A stretch of 64,000 nt of DNA, taken from NCBI GenBank assembly GCA_964521885.1, contig CAZFUF010000007.1, positions 542-64,541 of the forward strand, given 5' to 3'. The DNA comes from an uncultured Sangeribacter sp. GTDB taxonomy: Bacteria > Bacteroidota > Bacteroidia > Bacteroidales > Muribaculaceae. Below, piece by piece: positions 28,877 to 40,939 of the stretch (its first letter is position 1; each line of letters starts with the position of its first letter). The notes beneath the pieces were generated by a model. The model saw only the letters and a program-made list of their open reading frames with translations, ran no database searches and had not been told where the DNA came from. The position numbers were made by a program, and so were the translations under genes.

Positions 28877-29662
28877 CTAATTGCTTCTTCTTATGGCACC
28901 ATAATCATAGTTTATCCCCTCACGGTTGAATGTATTTCCTATCATTCCGGACTCAATTAATTCATCAGGTGTGCCGGTAATCAGATTCCGGTTCTCATCC
29001 ACCAGCCATATATAGTCCGACAATTGTAGTGCCACCGGTAAATCATGTGTGGATAGAAGAATGGTTTTTTTATTCTCAGCGGCTAATTTGCGCATGAGAA
29101 GCATCAATTCGAGTTTGCTCGGATAGTCAAGAAAAGCGGTCGGTTCGTCAAGCAAAATTATCGGTGTTTCCTGTGCCAGAGCCTTTGCTACCATCACTTT
29201 CTGGCGCTCTCCATCACTCAGGGAACATACTTTACGTTCCCTGAGGTTACTGATGGCGATGCATTGCATTGCCTCTTCAACAATCCGTTTGTCTTCCGTT
29301 TTCAAATTCCCCCAAAAGTTGCTGTAAGGAGCTCTTCCTAATGCAATCAACTCATAAACGCTCATATTAGGAGTATCAATACGATCCGTTAGCACGATTC
29401 CGACGAGTTTCCCGATTTCTGTGTTTGGAATTGAATTGATATCCCGTTCGCCGATGCTTATCTTGCCACTCAAGATATTTTGAGATTTTGATAGAGATCG
29501 GAGTAGAGTAGATTTCCCGGAACCATTTATTCCTAAAAGGGATGTTAATTTACCTGCAGGAAGGATAGAATTATAATTTTTTCCGATAGATATTTTCTTC
29601 CCCCTGACCCTATATCCTGTCGTTACGTCTTGCAGTTGAAGCGTGATCAATTCTTGAGCCAT
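28877..29662 (-). CDS. btuD: Cobalamin ABC transporter ATP-binding subunit
   Basis: GINGSGKST, LSDGERQ and LLDEPT; lies in the riboswitch-controlled operon. Confidence 0.88.
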   Translation of the reverse strand: MAQELITLQLQDVTTGYRVRGKKISIGKNYNSILPAGKLTSLLGINGSGKSTLLRSLSKSQNILSGKISIGERDINSIPNTEIGKLVGIVLTDRIDTPNMSVYELIALGRAPYSNFWGNLKTEDKRIVEEAMQCIAISNLRERKVCSLSDGERQKVMVAKALAQETPIILLDEPTAFLDYPSKLELMLLMRKLAAENKKTILLSTHDLPVALQLSDYIWLVDENRNLITGTPDELIESGMIGNTFNREGINYDYGAIRRSN

Positions 29663-29663
29663 G

Positions 29664-30695
29664 TCATTTACGAGATTTTAAAATTACCCAAATAATCACA
29701 GGAGCGCCGATCAGAGGAGTGACGGCATTAAGCGGAAGCACTCCGCTTTGTGGAATCAGGCATAGGAGATTACACAGCAGTGCCACTATTCCCCCCATCA
29801 ATATGCATCCAGGCATTAGTATCTTATGAAAATCTGTCGGAATGAAGAGCCTGGTTATGTGAGGTATGGCGAGACCAAGAAAAGATATGGGTCCGCAGTA
29901 AGCGGTAGTGACTGCGCTCAGCAGACCGGTTACTATCAGTAAAAGATTACGTGTAAGTGTCAGATTCAGACCCAGATTCTTAGCGTAATCTTCTCCCAAA
30001 AGAAGTAAATCAAGAGGTTTTACGAGTAGGAGTGAAGAGAAAAGTCCGATGCTTGAAAGAATAGCGAAGGGAATAATTGTGTCCCGCGTTTGTCCTCCAA
30101 AACTACCCATTCCCCACATCACGTAGCTCTGTATCCCCTGAGCATTGGCTTCGAAATTCAGTAAAGTGATAATTGATGAAACAAGATAACCTATCATCAT
30201 CCCGGCTATAATCAGTGTAATTGGATTCCGGAGAAGATTGGAGAGCAGCAGTATTATTCCCATAACGCACATTGCGCCTGCAAACGCTCCGAACATCACT
30301 GCCGAGATTCCTCCGGCTCCCATTGCGGTTCCCCGGAAAGTGCCACCCCAGAGAAGCATCACAAGGGCTACACCAAGACTCGCTCCGGAATTAACTCCTA
30401 AGACAGACGGTCCGGCAAGCGGATTACGAAATGCCGATTGCATCATAAGTCCACACACCGCTAATGATCCTCCGGCAAGCAGAGCGGTTATAGCGGACGG
30501 CAATCGACTGTCCAGAATTATGAAATTCAGTGAAGAACCCTTCTCCCCATTCCCGATGATAACATCAATAACCCGGGCGGGGGGAATATAAACCGATCCT
30601 ACCAGCAGATTCACTATGAACAGCGATAGTGCAAATACCAGAAGGATGAGTAAAGTGAGAGTACTATTTTTTCTTTTAGGAAAGGAGATAGTCAT
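29664..30695 (-). CDS. btuC: Cobalamin ABC transporter permease (FecCD family)
   Basis: SRLP, FRNPLAGPSVLGVNSGA, LLLGEDYAKNLG and GPISFLGLAIPH. Confidence 0.88.
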   Translation of the reverse strand: MTISFPKRKNSTLTLLILLVFALSLFIVNLLVGSVYIPPARVIDVIIGNGEKGSSLNFIILDSRLPSAITALLAGGSLAVCGLMMQSAFRNPLAGPSVLGVNSGASLGVALVMLLWGGTFRGTAMGAGGISAVMFGAFAGAMCVMGIILLLSNLLRNPITLIIAGMMIGYLVSSIITLLNFEANAQGIQSYVMWGMGSFGGQTRDTIIPFAILSSIGLFSSLLLVKPLDLLLLGEDYAKNLGLNLTLTRNLLLIVTGLLSAVTTAYCGPISFLGLAIPHITRLFIPTDFHKILMPGCILMGGIVALLCNLLCLIPQSGVLPLNAVTPLIGAPVIIWVILKSRK

Positions 30696-30743
30696 CTGTC
30701 CTGAGGTTTACGTTGATAATAAGCTGTCGGTTATGTCGATTAT

Positions 30744-31916
30744 CTAATTGTCAGACAATTTTGAATAATACTGTTTACCGGGGTAAGGAGTGATGCCTAA
30801 TTCGGGATGGAATATAGAAATCATATCGGCCAACAGCCAATGAGGATGAAATGGCACTTCCTCATAGAATAGAATTTTGGATGTATTACAGGCATATATA
30901 TTCCTTTTCTTAAAGGGCTCAAAATTTTTATATAGCGGAGTTTCGCTGGCAAGTTGATCATATGACAGTTCTTTTTCATTATAATATTTTATAAGCCATA
31001 TATCTGCATCATCCGTGTTCATTAATACTTTTTCAGGAGCAAAGGCCACACTCCCTCCTTCCCCCTTTACAATATCGGGAAGACTTCCTCCTGCATCCTC
31101 TATAAAAATTCCGGTGGTGGAAGATTTTGCCGGCAGAAACCAGGTGTCACCCTGCTTAAGTTCCGTCAGGATTTCAGGTCTTTTTTTTACTTTGGATGCT
31201 TTCTCTTTGAGAATTAAATAATCCCGTTTAACCTCTGAATATATTTCATCCCCTTTTTCCTCTTGTGCAGTCAATAGAGAATAAAATTTTATCCATTCTG
31301 TGCGTCCGAGTGGATTAGTTTCCATATAATCCGCACATTCAATAATTGGAATTCCTAATTCGGACAATTTGGAGTATTGTGTTTGGTCTTGATAAGGGGA
31401 AATGAATATTGCGTCCGGACTTATCGAGATAATTTTTTCCATATCCGGCGACATGGAATTGCCGCAATCTGTCAGTTTTCCCTCTTTAAGTTTACGACTC
31501 AATGTCTCATTGTGCATATATTCGGAATCACATATACCTGCAACTACATCAATCGACCCTAATTCCTCAAGTAAACTGCTATGCACTGATGAGAACATTA
31601 CACTACGTTTTATTGGAGTCCGAATAATAGTTCCTTCAGGATAAATATCTTTTAACGGTATTGAATCGGGTACGAGGATATATGAATGAAGTGTCGTTGT
31701 AGTATCCCATGGATTAGTGATTTTGACATGTGTGAATCCATCTCCCGCTGATATTTTAAGAAATGACGCGTATTCCATCGGAATCTCGACTTCTTCAGAG
31801 ATAGATTCATGTCTACCCCCACATGAAAGCAGGAGTAGACACGTACACATACATATATTTATTCCGAGTAATTTTAAACTGGTTTTCATCCTCTTATCGA
31901 AGTAATATGGCTTCAT
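30744..31916 (-). CDS. btuF: Cobalamin ABC substrate-binding lipoprotein
   Basis: LLSC lipobox, DYMETNPLGRTEWIKFY and FYEEVPFHPHWLLAD. Confidence 0.85.
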   Translation of the reverse strand: MKPYYFDKRMKTSLKLLGINICMCTCLLLLSCGGRHESISEEVEIPMEYASFLKISAGDGFTHVKITNPWDTTTTLHSYILVPDSIPLKDIYPEGTIIRTPIKRSVMFSSVHSSLLEELGSIDVVAGICDSEYMHNETLSRKLKEGKLTDCGNSMSPDMEKIISISPDAIFISPYQDQTQYSKLSELGIPIIECADYMETNPLGRTEWIKFYSLLTAQEEKGDEIYSEVKRDYLILKEKASKVKKRPEILTELKQGDTWFLPAKSSTTGIFIEDAGGSLPDIVKGEGGSVAFAPEKVLMNTDDADIWLIKYYNEKELSYDQLASETPLYKNFEPFKKRNIYACNTSKILFYEEVPFHPHWLLADMISIFHPELGITPYPGKQYYSKLSDN

Positions 31917-31948
31917 CCGATAAAAATATCAGGGACTTAGAATTGCTT

Positions 31949-33073
31949 TTAGAAATAAACGGCGCTGATTGGGTTCTGACCGCCACAATCGAAATTTGAT
32001 TCAAATTCACCCTCTTTTGTAAAGTGATAGATTTCACCGTTCCCAAGAGTATATTTAGATGTTCCGATATAGATTTCACCGGAGTTTTCATCCACTGAAA
32101 GCATTGAGATATGGGCTGTGCTCAAATCTTCAGGTGCATCGGTCATGAATGAGTTTGTGTCAATTTTATTATCGGTGATGTTGTAGCTGAACCATGTGTT
32201 GGAAGTTGCCCAAGTAGTCCAATCGGTCACTGAATTTACAAGATATACTTTCCCATTGCCGATTCCCATATCAGTAGCTATCCCGAGCTCAGTCACCTTA
32301 TTATTTTGAGACGGCTCAATCAATTGGAAGGAATATCCCTTATCGTAATAATTGCCCCAGGAAATTAAAAATAACTTTCCATTATAAGCCATAAGCTTAT
32401 TAGGATTGGTCGCTACGGTTACTGAACCGGAGACTGTAAATGTCTTTAGATCGATAACGATGAGTTTCTCTCCATAGATGATGTTGCTGTAACCTGTTGT
32501 TTCATCATAGGTTGATTGATAAGAGTCTGCAACATAAAGGGAACCGTTTGCTTCTGCGATCCCTTCCAGATTGGCTCCTCCGGTATTAAGCTTGGAAACT
32601 ATAGAAAGGTCTTCGGTTGATATCTTGGCTACGATGCCACCATAGAAACTTGCGTAAAGATACTGATCTTTGAATGCCATGTATCTCACTCCACCTTGTA
32701 GTTCCGGATCCGTGCTGAATAGTACTCTTGCCAACATTTCCCCTTCGGTGTTAATCTTATAGATGCAGTTGGATCCGGTCAGTGAGATATAAACATCACC
32801 GTCATATTTTACCATATCAGTTGCATTGTCTCCGAGATTGAGGTTGTTTACATCAAAAAATAAATTCGGAGTCAGAGACAAGTCGTTATCAGCCGTTGAG
32901 AAATATGCAAGCCCTGCATTATTCATCTGGTATGAGCCTTGATTGAGTATAAAAGCTCCATTCTTAATTTCTTTTGTATCGCCGGTATCAGGCCCATCAT
33001 TCTTATCGCATGAAACGAATCCTACTGAAGCAATAAGAAGGAGTAATGTGTAAGAGAATTTTGAATTTTTCAT
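31949..33073 (-). CDS. btuG: Surface beta-propeller lipoprotein (YncE/DUF5074, BtuG-like)
   Basis: FVSC lipobox followed by an acidic stretch, AFILNQGSY and repeated propeller blades; adjacent to btuB. Confidence 0.75.
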   Translation of the reverse strand: MKNSKFSYTLLLLIASVGFVSCDKNDGPDTGDTKEIKNGAFILNQGSYQMNNAGLAYFSTADNDLSLTPNLFFDVNNLNLGDNATDMVKYDGDVYISLTGSNCIYKINTEGEMLARVLFSTDPELQGGVRYMAFKDQYLYASFYGGIVAKISTEDLSIVSKLNTGGANLEGIAEANGSLYVADSYQSTYDETTGYSNIIYGEKLIVIDLKTFTVSGSVTVATNPNKLMAYNGKLFLISWGNYYDKGYSFQLIEPSQNNKVTELGIATDMGIGNGKVYLVNSVTDWTTWATSNTWFSYNITDNKIDTNSFMTDAPEDLSTAHISMLSVDENSGEIYIGTSKYTLGNGEIYHFTKEGEFESNFDCGGQNPISAVYF

Positions 33074-33090
33074 TTAAAGTTTTTTATTAA

Positions 33091-35109
33091 TTATATTTTG
33101 AAATTCAATGATATCCGGAATGAACGTCCGGGCATAGGGTAATATTTTATTACCTCGTATCGTGCATTCCCTAAATTTAAAATCTCCCCCCGAAGAGTCA
33201 ATATACATTTTTTTAACTCAAATTCATGGCCTACAGAGATTGTCTGTTCGATATAACCTTTAAGGAGATTTGCAGGAATATTTTGCACCATGAAATAGCA
33301 CTCTCCCACACCAACCAATGAATAGCTGGCTTCAATCCATGGGGAACTGAACGAGAATGAGAAATTTCCCGAATGCTGAGGGGAATAGGGGAGTTGTGAT
33401 TTATAGTTGGAAGATGATTTGTCGGTGATGTCACATGTCTTTTGCCAGCTATAGCTCCCAGAAAGGTTAAGGTGCATTCCGTGGATGAGGGAAAATGACA
33501 TATAAGCATTTACGTCAATGCCATACATCCTGACTTTACCATAATTCATCATTCTCCAATTATGAGTGGATGGCATTGCCACGATCTTATCGTTGACATA
33601 GTTGAAATACCCGTCAGCGGTCACTGAGCAATATTCAAGAATTCCGAAATTATCTCCCTTCCATGTCGTGCCGATATTGTATTCATCAGCCCGCTCAGGT
33701 TGAAGAGTGCGGATTCCGAGCCGGTCATAATAAAGATCGTTGAAGGTCGGGAGTCGGTTGGTCTTCTTATACATGGCGCGTAAGTTCCAATCGAAATCTT
33801 CGATCGGCTGGAAAGTCGCTCCTATTGAAGGGTTAAAACATTTGAAAGAGTCAGGAGCTTTCCCTGTCCGGACCTTTTCAGAGGTGATTACGCTATTAAT
33901 GTTGGCATTAATTTCCAACCTATGCCAAACGTATTTTCCGGTCAACGAACTGTATGAGGCTATGCGCGATGGGAATGGGCATTCGGCTTTAGTGTATGAC
34001 AAATCATTATAAACAACATCCTGCGCCGCCCCGAAATATAGGTTGCGGATGGGATTATAAGTGGCAGCAACCGACATGAAATATTCATTCTGTGTATAGT
34101 CGGCTTGCCAGATGCCTCCGCTATATTGAACTCCGGTTTCCCTTTCTCTTGACCATCCGTTGGCATATTTCCCGACTATCTGCAATTTCCATTTATTCGA
34201 AAGTGTGCCACGATATTTAATCTGTGCAAACGCATCTCGTCCCTGTAGGGTCAGAGTTGACACAGGATTGTATAATGTCACAGCTCCCGGTATCCCCCTC
34301 TTTGAATGGTAAAAGTATCCCTTGATACTTATCTGATGGCTCGCAGATAAGCGAAGATAAATATTTCCCTCCGCATGATAATTCTCAATTTTTGAATTTG
34401 TACGCTTTTCTTTGGTAGTCTCGATTCCATTATCAATAATGAAAGGATAGTTCCCGTCTGAGCGTGTATAGTCTCCATCCAAGGATATGATAAATTTTTC
34501 ACCTGTTTTTTGAGATAACTTCAGGTACGGGTTAACATACCCCCAGGAGCCGGCTCTCACGTTTGCCTCTACGCTGTTCTTTCTATCTCCTAAAAATTGT
34601 GGGTTGCGTGTATTTATTCCTAATATCGCTGCTGAGGAGTATAAACGTGCGCATTGAAGAAGATCGTTATCTTGTCCCACCGCTAATGTGAGACGCGAAA
34701 GATTATTAAGAGAAAATCTTCCGATATCGACTTGACCCCCTTCGATATTATCCACGGGCACACCATCATAACTGACTGCTGTATGCGAGGCTCCCATATT
34801 TCTGACAGAAACGGTTTTTATCCCTCCGAGCCCACCATAATCACGCACATTAACCCCTGAAAAGCGTCTGACGGCATCTGCCATATCCGCTATGCCTAAT
34901 TTTTCAATTTCGGCTCCTGTCATTATCTGGAGAGGCATGACGGATTCCACTTCCTTATCCTCAACGCGACTTATGACCACGACTTCTTCGAGAGTGTTCT
35001 CTATTGAGTCGGCTGGTTGCGCTTCAGCGTGTGATTCAAAAGAAAAGTTGCCCGCAATCAGCAAGATTACGAGCAGCGCGAGAGGATATTTTTTAATAAT
35101 CCTGATCAT
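33091..35109 (-). CDS. btuB: TonB-dependent cobalamin receptor
   Basis: LEEVVV TonB box, plug motif VRDYGGLGGIKTVSVR, LPTFNDLYY and YPMPGRSFR; directly downstream of the cobalamin riboswitch. Confidence 0.9.
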   Translation of the reverse strand: MIRIIKKYPLALLVILLIAGNFSFESHAEAQPADSIENTLEEVVVISRVEDKEVESVMPLQIMTGAEIEKLGIADMADAVRRFSGVNVRDYGGLGGIKTVSVRNMGASHTAVSYDGVPVDNIEGGQVDIGRFSLNNLSRLTLAVGQDNDLLQCARLYSSAAILGINTRNPQFLGDRKNSVEANVRAGSWGYVNPYLKLSQKTGEKFIISLDGDYTRSDGNYPFIIDNGIETTKEKRTNSKIENYHAEGNIYLRLSASHQISIKGYFYHSKRGIPGAVTLYNPVSTLTLQGRDAFAQIKYRGTLSNKWKLQIVGKYANGWSRERETGVQYSGGIWQADYTQNEYFMSVAATYNPIRNLYFGAAQDVVYNDLSYTKAECPFPSRIASYSSLTGKYVWHRLEINANINSVITSEKVRTGKAPDSFKCFNPSIGATFQPIEDFDWNLRAMYKKTNRLPTFNDLYYDRLGIRTLQPERADEYNIGTTWKGDNFGILEYCSVTADGYFNYVNDKIVAMPSTHNWRMMNYGKVRMYGIDVNAYMSFSLIHGMHLNLSGSYSWQKTCDITDKSSSNYKSQLPYSPQHSGNFSFSFSSPWIEASYSLVGVGECYFMVQNIPANLLKGYIEQTISVGHEFELKKCILTLRGEILNLGNARYEVIKYYPMPGRSFRISLNFKI

Positions 35110-35154
35110 TTGTTTTGCTGCCTATTAACCCGTGTACTACAAAACTATTGTGAT

Positions 35155-35373
35155 TAGGCAGGTCTTCGGACTTATCCCGGTTTGTCGCGCCTTCCCGGTG
35201 AATATTACCAGTGGCATATTGGCGAAAACCGTAATCAATACAACCTAATTCCATTCGTGATGTCAAGTTATGAATGACATTATGGAATATTAAATTGCAA
35301 GGGGGACTTACCGCAGCGGGACTGTCCGGGATTTTCACCCGGTTCCCTTTTAATGGCGAGTGCCAACCGAATC
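35155..35373 (-). ncRNA. Cobalamin riboswitch (class I)
   Basis: Minus strand reads AAAAGGGAACCGGGTGAAAATCCCGGACAGTCCCGCTGCGGTAAG ... GCCACTG ... GGGAAGG ... AAGTCCGAAGACCTGCC, the canonical B12-element segments, upstream of btuB. Confidence 0.96.
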
Positions 35374-35378
35374 TTCCG

Positions 35379-35409
35379 CAAATTTATGAATTATTTTTGA
35401 TATCACAAT
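35379..35409 (-). promoter_or_regulatory. Promoter of the btu operon
   Basis: TAAATTTG (35386-35379) immediately 5' of the riboswitch; ATTG 19 nt further upstream as a variant -33. Confidence 0.65.
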
Positions 35410-35527
35410 AACTCTCCGAACAATATTTTTCATCATGGTTCTTTATCCTCTCTAATATATATATTCTCCGGTGCTTCCATTTTAAGGAGAGATTAATTAT
35501 GGATTTCTAAGATGGTGAGAATTATGG

Positions 35528-35576
35528 AAAAAATAAGCTGAAGGAGATGCCATTTAAGCATACTCCCTCAGCTTTT
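35528..35576 (-). terminator. Terminator of fabD-asd
   Basis: AAGCTGA-AGGAG-ATGC / GCAT-A-CTCC-C-TCAGCTT imperfect stem, followed by a T run on the minus strand. Confidence 0.65.
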
Positions 35577-35632
35577 GGGATTCAATGGATCTCATATCCG
35601 GATAGAATATCAGGATCTGAGGTCTGTTTGTT

Positions 35633-36652
35633 CTACTTTGCGAATTTATCGGAGTTGTTAAGTAACCATTGGGCAATCTGCACTGCATTTAATGCCGCTC
35701 CTTTTTTGATTTGATCGCTCACAGTCCAATAAGTGATAGAATTGTCGTCGGCGATATCTTTTCTGATTCTTCCGACATAGACAGGATCTTTTCCCGAAAG
35801 ATTATATGGCATCGGATAAACACCTTTCGCTGGTTCATCCATCACCACGACTCCTTCAGCTTTTTCCAATGCTTCGCGGACTTCCTCAACACTCAGCGGT
35901 CTCTCCGTCTCAACCCATGTAGACTCACTATGGGCACGGAGCACTGGAACCCGTACACATGTGGCTGATACACGTATCTTGTCATCATGCATAATTTTCC
36001 GGGTTTCGTTATACATCTTCATCTCCTCTTTGGTATATCCGTTTTCAGTGAATATATCTACCTGAGGAATAAGATTATATGCGAGCTGTGCGACGAATTT
36101 CTTTACTGTTGGTTCTTTCCCCTCGATGATTTCAGCATACTGCTGCTCCAATTCCTGCATAGCGGATTGACCCGCACCTGAAGCAGCCTGATAGGTCGAT
36201 ACGAAGACACGGGTGACGCGACTTAGCTTATTGATTGCTGACAAAGGCACAACCATCTGAATCGTGGTGCAATTGGGGTTCGCAATTATATGCCGAGGAG
36301 TATTGAGCGCATCCGCGCCATTGACTTCAGGCACTACTAATGGAACGTCAGCGTCCATCCGGAATGCTGAACTGTTGTCAATCATCAGAGTGCCGTGGCG
36401 CGTGATAGTCTCCGAGTATTCTTTAGAGGTCGAAGCTCCGGCAGATACAAATGCAATATCTACTCCGGAGAAGTCAGAGTCATGGCTGAGCAGTTCTATC
36501 ACATATTCTTTTCCGCGAAAAGACATTGTTGTTCCGGCGCTTCTTTGGCTACCGAAAAGTCTTAGATTAGTGATTGGAAAATTCTGTTCATCGAGCACAC
36601 GCAGCAATTCGTGTCCGACAGCTCCGCTCGCTCCAACAATGGCTATATTCAT
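35633..36652 (-). CDS. asd: Aspartate-semialdehyde dehydrogenase
   Basis: [41 protein letters not shown] and KKGAALN. Confidence 0.98.
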   Translation of the reverse strand: MNIAIVGASGAVGHELLRVLDEQNFPITNLRLFGSQRSAGTTMSFRGKEYVIELLSHDSDFSGVDIAFVSAGASTSKEYSETITRHGTLMIDNSSAFRMDADVPLVVPEVNGADALNTPRHIIANPNCTTIQMVVPLSAINKLSRVTRVFVSTYQAASGAGQSAMQELEQQYAEIIEGKEPTVKKFVAQLAYNLIPQVDIFTENGYTKEEMKMYNETRKIMHDDKIRVSATCVRVPVLRAHSESTWVETERPLSVEEVREALEKAEGVVVMDEPAKGVYPMPYNLSGKDPVYVGRIRKDIADDNSITYWTVSDQIKKGAALNAVQIAQWLLNNSDKFAK

Positions 36653-36668
36653 ATCCTGTAGGTCGCTA

Positions 36669-37547
36669 TTACTGCACTCCGGAAACTTCCATTTCCTTAT
36701 TAATTTTCTTTACCAATCCCTGAAGCACATTTCCCGGACCGACTTCCACAAATTCTGTAGCTCCGTCGGCTATCATTGCTTCCACATCCTGTGTCCAACG
36801 CACCGGTGCAGTGAGTTGCTTGATGAGGTTGGCTTTTATCTCTTCTGGATCTGTATGCGGTTTCCCATCGACGTTTTGGTAAACGGGACAAACGGGAGTC
36901 TGGAATTTAGCTTCATCGATTGCCTTTGACAATTCTTCTTGAGCCGGCATCATCAGAGGGCTGTGGAAGGCACCACCGACTTTAAGACGCAGAGCGCGCT
37001 TCGCTCCGGCTGCTTTCATCTTCTCGCAGGCTGCATCTACACCTTCTATAGTTCCGGAAATTACCACCTGTCCGGGGCAATTATAATTAGCGGGAGCTAC
37101 TATATCGTCAACTTCGGCACAAAGTTCTTCAACTTTTGCATCCGGAAGTGCGAGCACGGCTGCCATTGTGGAAGGCTTAAGTTCACAGGCACGCTGCATA
37201 GCATGTGCACGTGCAGAAACGAGTTTCAATCCTTCTTCAAAAGAAAGCGCCCCTGCTGCTACAAGAGCTGAAAATTCTCCAAGGCTATGACCGGCCACCA
37301 TGTCCGGATTAAAATCTTTACCAAGAGTCTTGGCAAGTATTACACTATGAAGAAATATCGCCGGTTGGGTTACTTTTGTCTGCTTCAAATCTTCTTCGGT
37401 TCCATTGAACATCAAATCCGTGATTCGGAAGCCAAGGACGTCATTAGCTTTCTCAAACATTGCGCGTGCCTCTTCGTTGTTGTCATAAAGGTCTTTCCCC
37501 ATTCCTACAAACTGGGCACCCTGGCCCGGAAAAACAAATGCTTTCAT
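36669..37547 (-). CDS. fabD: Malonyl CoA-ACP transacylase
   Basis: [21 protein letters not shown] and GAFHS. Confidence 0.98.
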   Translation of the reverse strand: MKAFVFPGQGAQFVGMGKDLYDNNEEARAMFEKANDVLGFRITDLMFNGTEEDLKQTKVTQPAIFLHSVILAKTLGKDFNPDMVAGHSLGEFSALVAAGALSFEEGLKLVSARAHAMQRACELKPSTMAAVLALPDAKVEELCAEVDDIVAPANYNCPGQVVISGTIEGVDAACEKMKAAGAKRALRLKVGGAFHSPLMMPAQEELSKAIDEAKFQTPVCPVYQNVDGKPHTDPEEIKANLIKQLTAPVRWTQDVEAMIADGATEFVEVGPGNVLQGLVKKINKEMEVSGVQ

Positions 37548-37722
37548 CTTAATTGCTTTTCGTTGAGTTATTATTGTGATATTATGCCTCCTGAATCTCT
37601 CAGGAGGGATTATCTAAAATCGGCTGCAAATTTAATAATTTTATTCTATATTTCATTATTTTTCATCCATCAGATGTTTTTTACTACTTTTGTAAGTATA
37701 AATCCCTCACGACGGAAATAAC

Positions 37723-39114
37723 ATGCTGAAAGCTTCCGAATTATTCGAGCGCGCCATCGCTCTGCTCCCCTATGAGCCGCTTGACAGTCAGGCAAAAGTG
37801 CTTGCTGCGATCTCCGCTTTCGCTGTTGCGCACGGTCCTCGCGATGCATATATACTCAATGGATATGCAGGAACCGGTAAGACTTCTATCGTCGGTGCTA
37901 TGGTCGAAGCGATGGCAAAGGAAGGAATGAAGTGTGTAATTCTTGCTCCGACCGGGAGAGCTGCGAAAGTTGCTTCTTCGTTTGCTAATTTCCCGGCTTC
38001 AACCATCCATAAACGTTTATTTCGCGGAGATTCATCCGATCCGATGAATGCTACCTTTTTCCTTGCAAAGAATATTTCCACCGATACGCTGTTTATAGTC
38101 GATGAGGCCTCTTTGATAACAGATAACGGATCTGACTCCTCATTATTGGCTCTCCTTACAGCTCATGTATATTCCGCGCCGGGTTGTGCTATGCTTTTGG
38201 TAGGCGATCTCGCGCAGCTCCCCCCGGTTGGTCAATCGGATTCCCCGGCTATGAACCCTGATCGGCTGCGTCAACTCGGATTGATTCCATTTAAAGGCAC
38301 ACTTGATATCCCTGTTCGTCAGGCTTCCGAAAGTGGTATTCTGCATAATGCTACCAATATCAGGAATTTTCTTTATGGAGATCTCCCGATCAATAAGTTC
38401 AACCTTTTCACAAAAGGGTTCGAGGATGCTGAAATCGTCTCCTCATCAGATTTGGCAGACGTGTTGAGTGATTCCTGGCGCGAGGTCGGGATGAGTGAGA
38501 CTATCATCATCACAAGAAGTAATCATCGTGCCAATAATTTTAATCGTGCAATCCGAAATCTTGTAATGGGTGCTGATGAGCCGCTTCAAAGAGGGGATAG
38601 GATTGTAATATCAAGAAATGATTATTATTGGTCGAAGATCAATAAACTTAAGACATTTATCGCTAATGGAGATATGGCGGAAGTGACGTGGGTAGGGAAT
38701 ACAGAAAAGGCATACGGCCGATATTTCACAGATGTTGAACTGACCCTCATCTCAGACGGATCCCCTGTCGGTGCGAAGATTATGCTTCGCAGTCTCGTGG
38801 CGGATGGCTCTTCGATTCCCGTTGAAGAAATGAGTAAATTTTATCAACGTGTCTTAGCTGCTGACGAGGGCACGGTTTCGGAACGCATTAAAGCCGCTAT
38901 GGAAGACCCTTACTATAATGCATTGCAGGCAAAATATGCATATTGTGTCACTTGTCATAAGTCGCAAGGTGGACAATGGAAACATGTTTATATTGACATG
39001 GCAGGGATAGATATGGAGAATGTCGGTTCCGATTTTTATCGATGGCTCTACACTGCTGTCACACGGGCCGTTGAAAAGGTCTTCTTTATTAATCCCCCCG
39101 TACGGGCAAAATAA
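37723..39114 (+). CDS. ATP-dependent RecD-like SF1 DNA helicase
   Basis: GYAGTGKT, APTGRAAK, DEAS, GDLAQLPPV and YCVTCHKSQGGQW. Confidence 0.9.
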   Translation: MLKASELFERAIALLPYEPLDSQAKVLAAISAFAVAHGPRDAYILNGYAGTGKTSIVGAMVEAMAKEGMKCVILAPTGRAAKVASSFANFPASTIHKRLFRGDSSDPMNATFFLAKNISTDTLFIVDEASLITDNGSDSSLLALLTAHVYSAPGCAMLLVGDLAQLPPVGQSDSPAMNPDRLRQLGLIPFKGTLDIPVRQASESGILHNATNIRNFLYGDLPINKFNLFTKGFEDAEIVSSSDLADVLSDSWREVGMSETIIITRSNHRANNFNRAIRNLVMGADEPLQRGDRIVISRNDYYWSKINKLKTFIANGDMAEVTWVGNTEKAYGRYFTDVELTLISDGSPVGAKIMLRSLVADGSSIPVEEMSKFYQRVLAADEGTVSERIKAAMEDPYYNALQAKYAYCVTCHKSQGGQWKHVYIDMAGIDMENVGSDFYRWLYTAVTRAVEKVFFINPPVRAK

Positions 39115-39254
39115 CGGCAAGCAAGACAATATCGGAAGAATCATGAAGTCGACCGATGGATTTATTTTTCAGTGAATCTTGTGCTCCTATTTCCTCCCGC
39201 ATAATAATTTTTCGGATAAATAATAAAATTGATTTTTTGATTTTTAGATTAGAT

Positions 39255-39286
39255 ATTGACAAATAGTCGGTTTTTTTGTAACTTTG
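39255..39286 (+). promoter_or_regulatory. Promoter for eno
   Basis: ATTG, 20-nt spacer, TAACTTTG (39279-39286). Confidence 0.6.
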
Positions 39287-39382
39287 CGAAAAATATGGAT
39301 GCAAGGTTCTGTCAGGAATGTGGCGTTGATGGCTAACTTCTTGATATGTGTGTATTTGAGTTGTGAAAAATCACTATAATAA

Positions 39383-40705
<1,323 letters not shown>

Positions 40706-40807
40706 TTCTGAATTTATATCCTTCACGGATAATTCATATCCACATCCTCCTTTAAGTCTCAGAGTATATAATTAGATATTTCTTTAAGAGAGGATACATG
40801 AAAATTT

Positions 40808-40853
40808 TTAATCGGCAAGACGCCACAGAGCAGTCTTGCCGATTAATTTTTTT
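40808..40853 (+). terminator. Terminator of eno
   Basis: TTAATCGGCAAGAC / GTCTTGCCGATTAA stem followed by T7. Confidence 0.85.
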
Positions 40854-40939
40854 GTGTTTGAATAAATATTAATGCCGCGCCTTATATATAATGAGGGTTC
40901 TAAAAAGTAAAGGTATTTATAAGTCATATCGGTCATCTG

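Noticed and set aside
35093-35338. 81-aa minus-strand ORF upstream of btuB
   Set aside because: It coincides with the cobalamin riboswitch and has no protein-like features.
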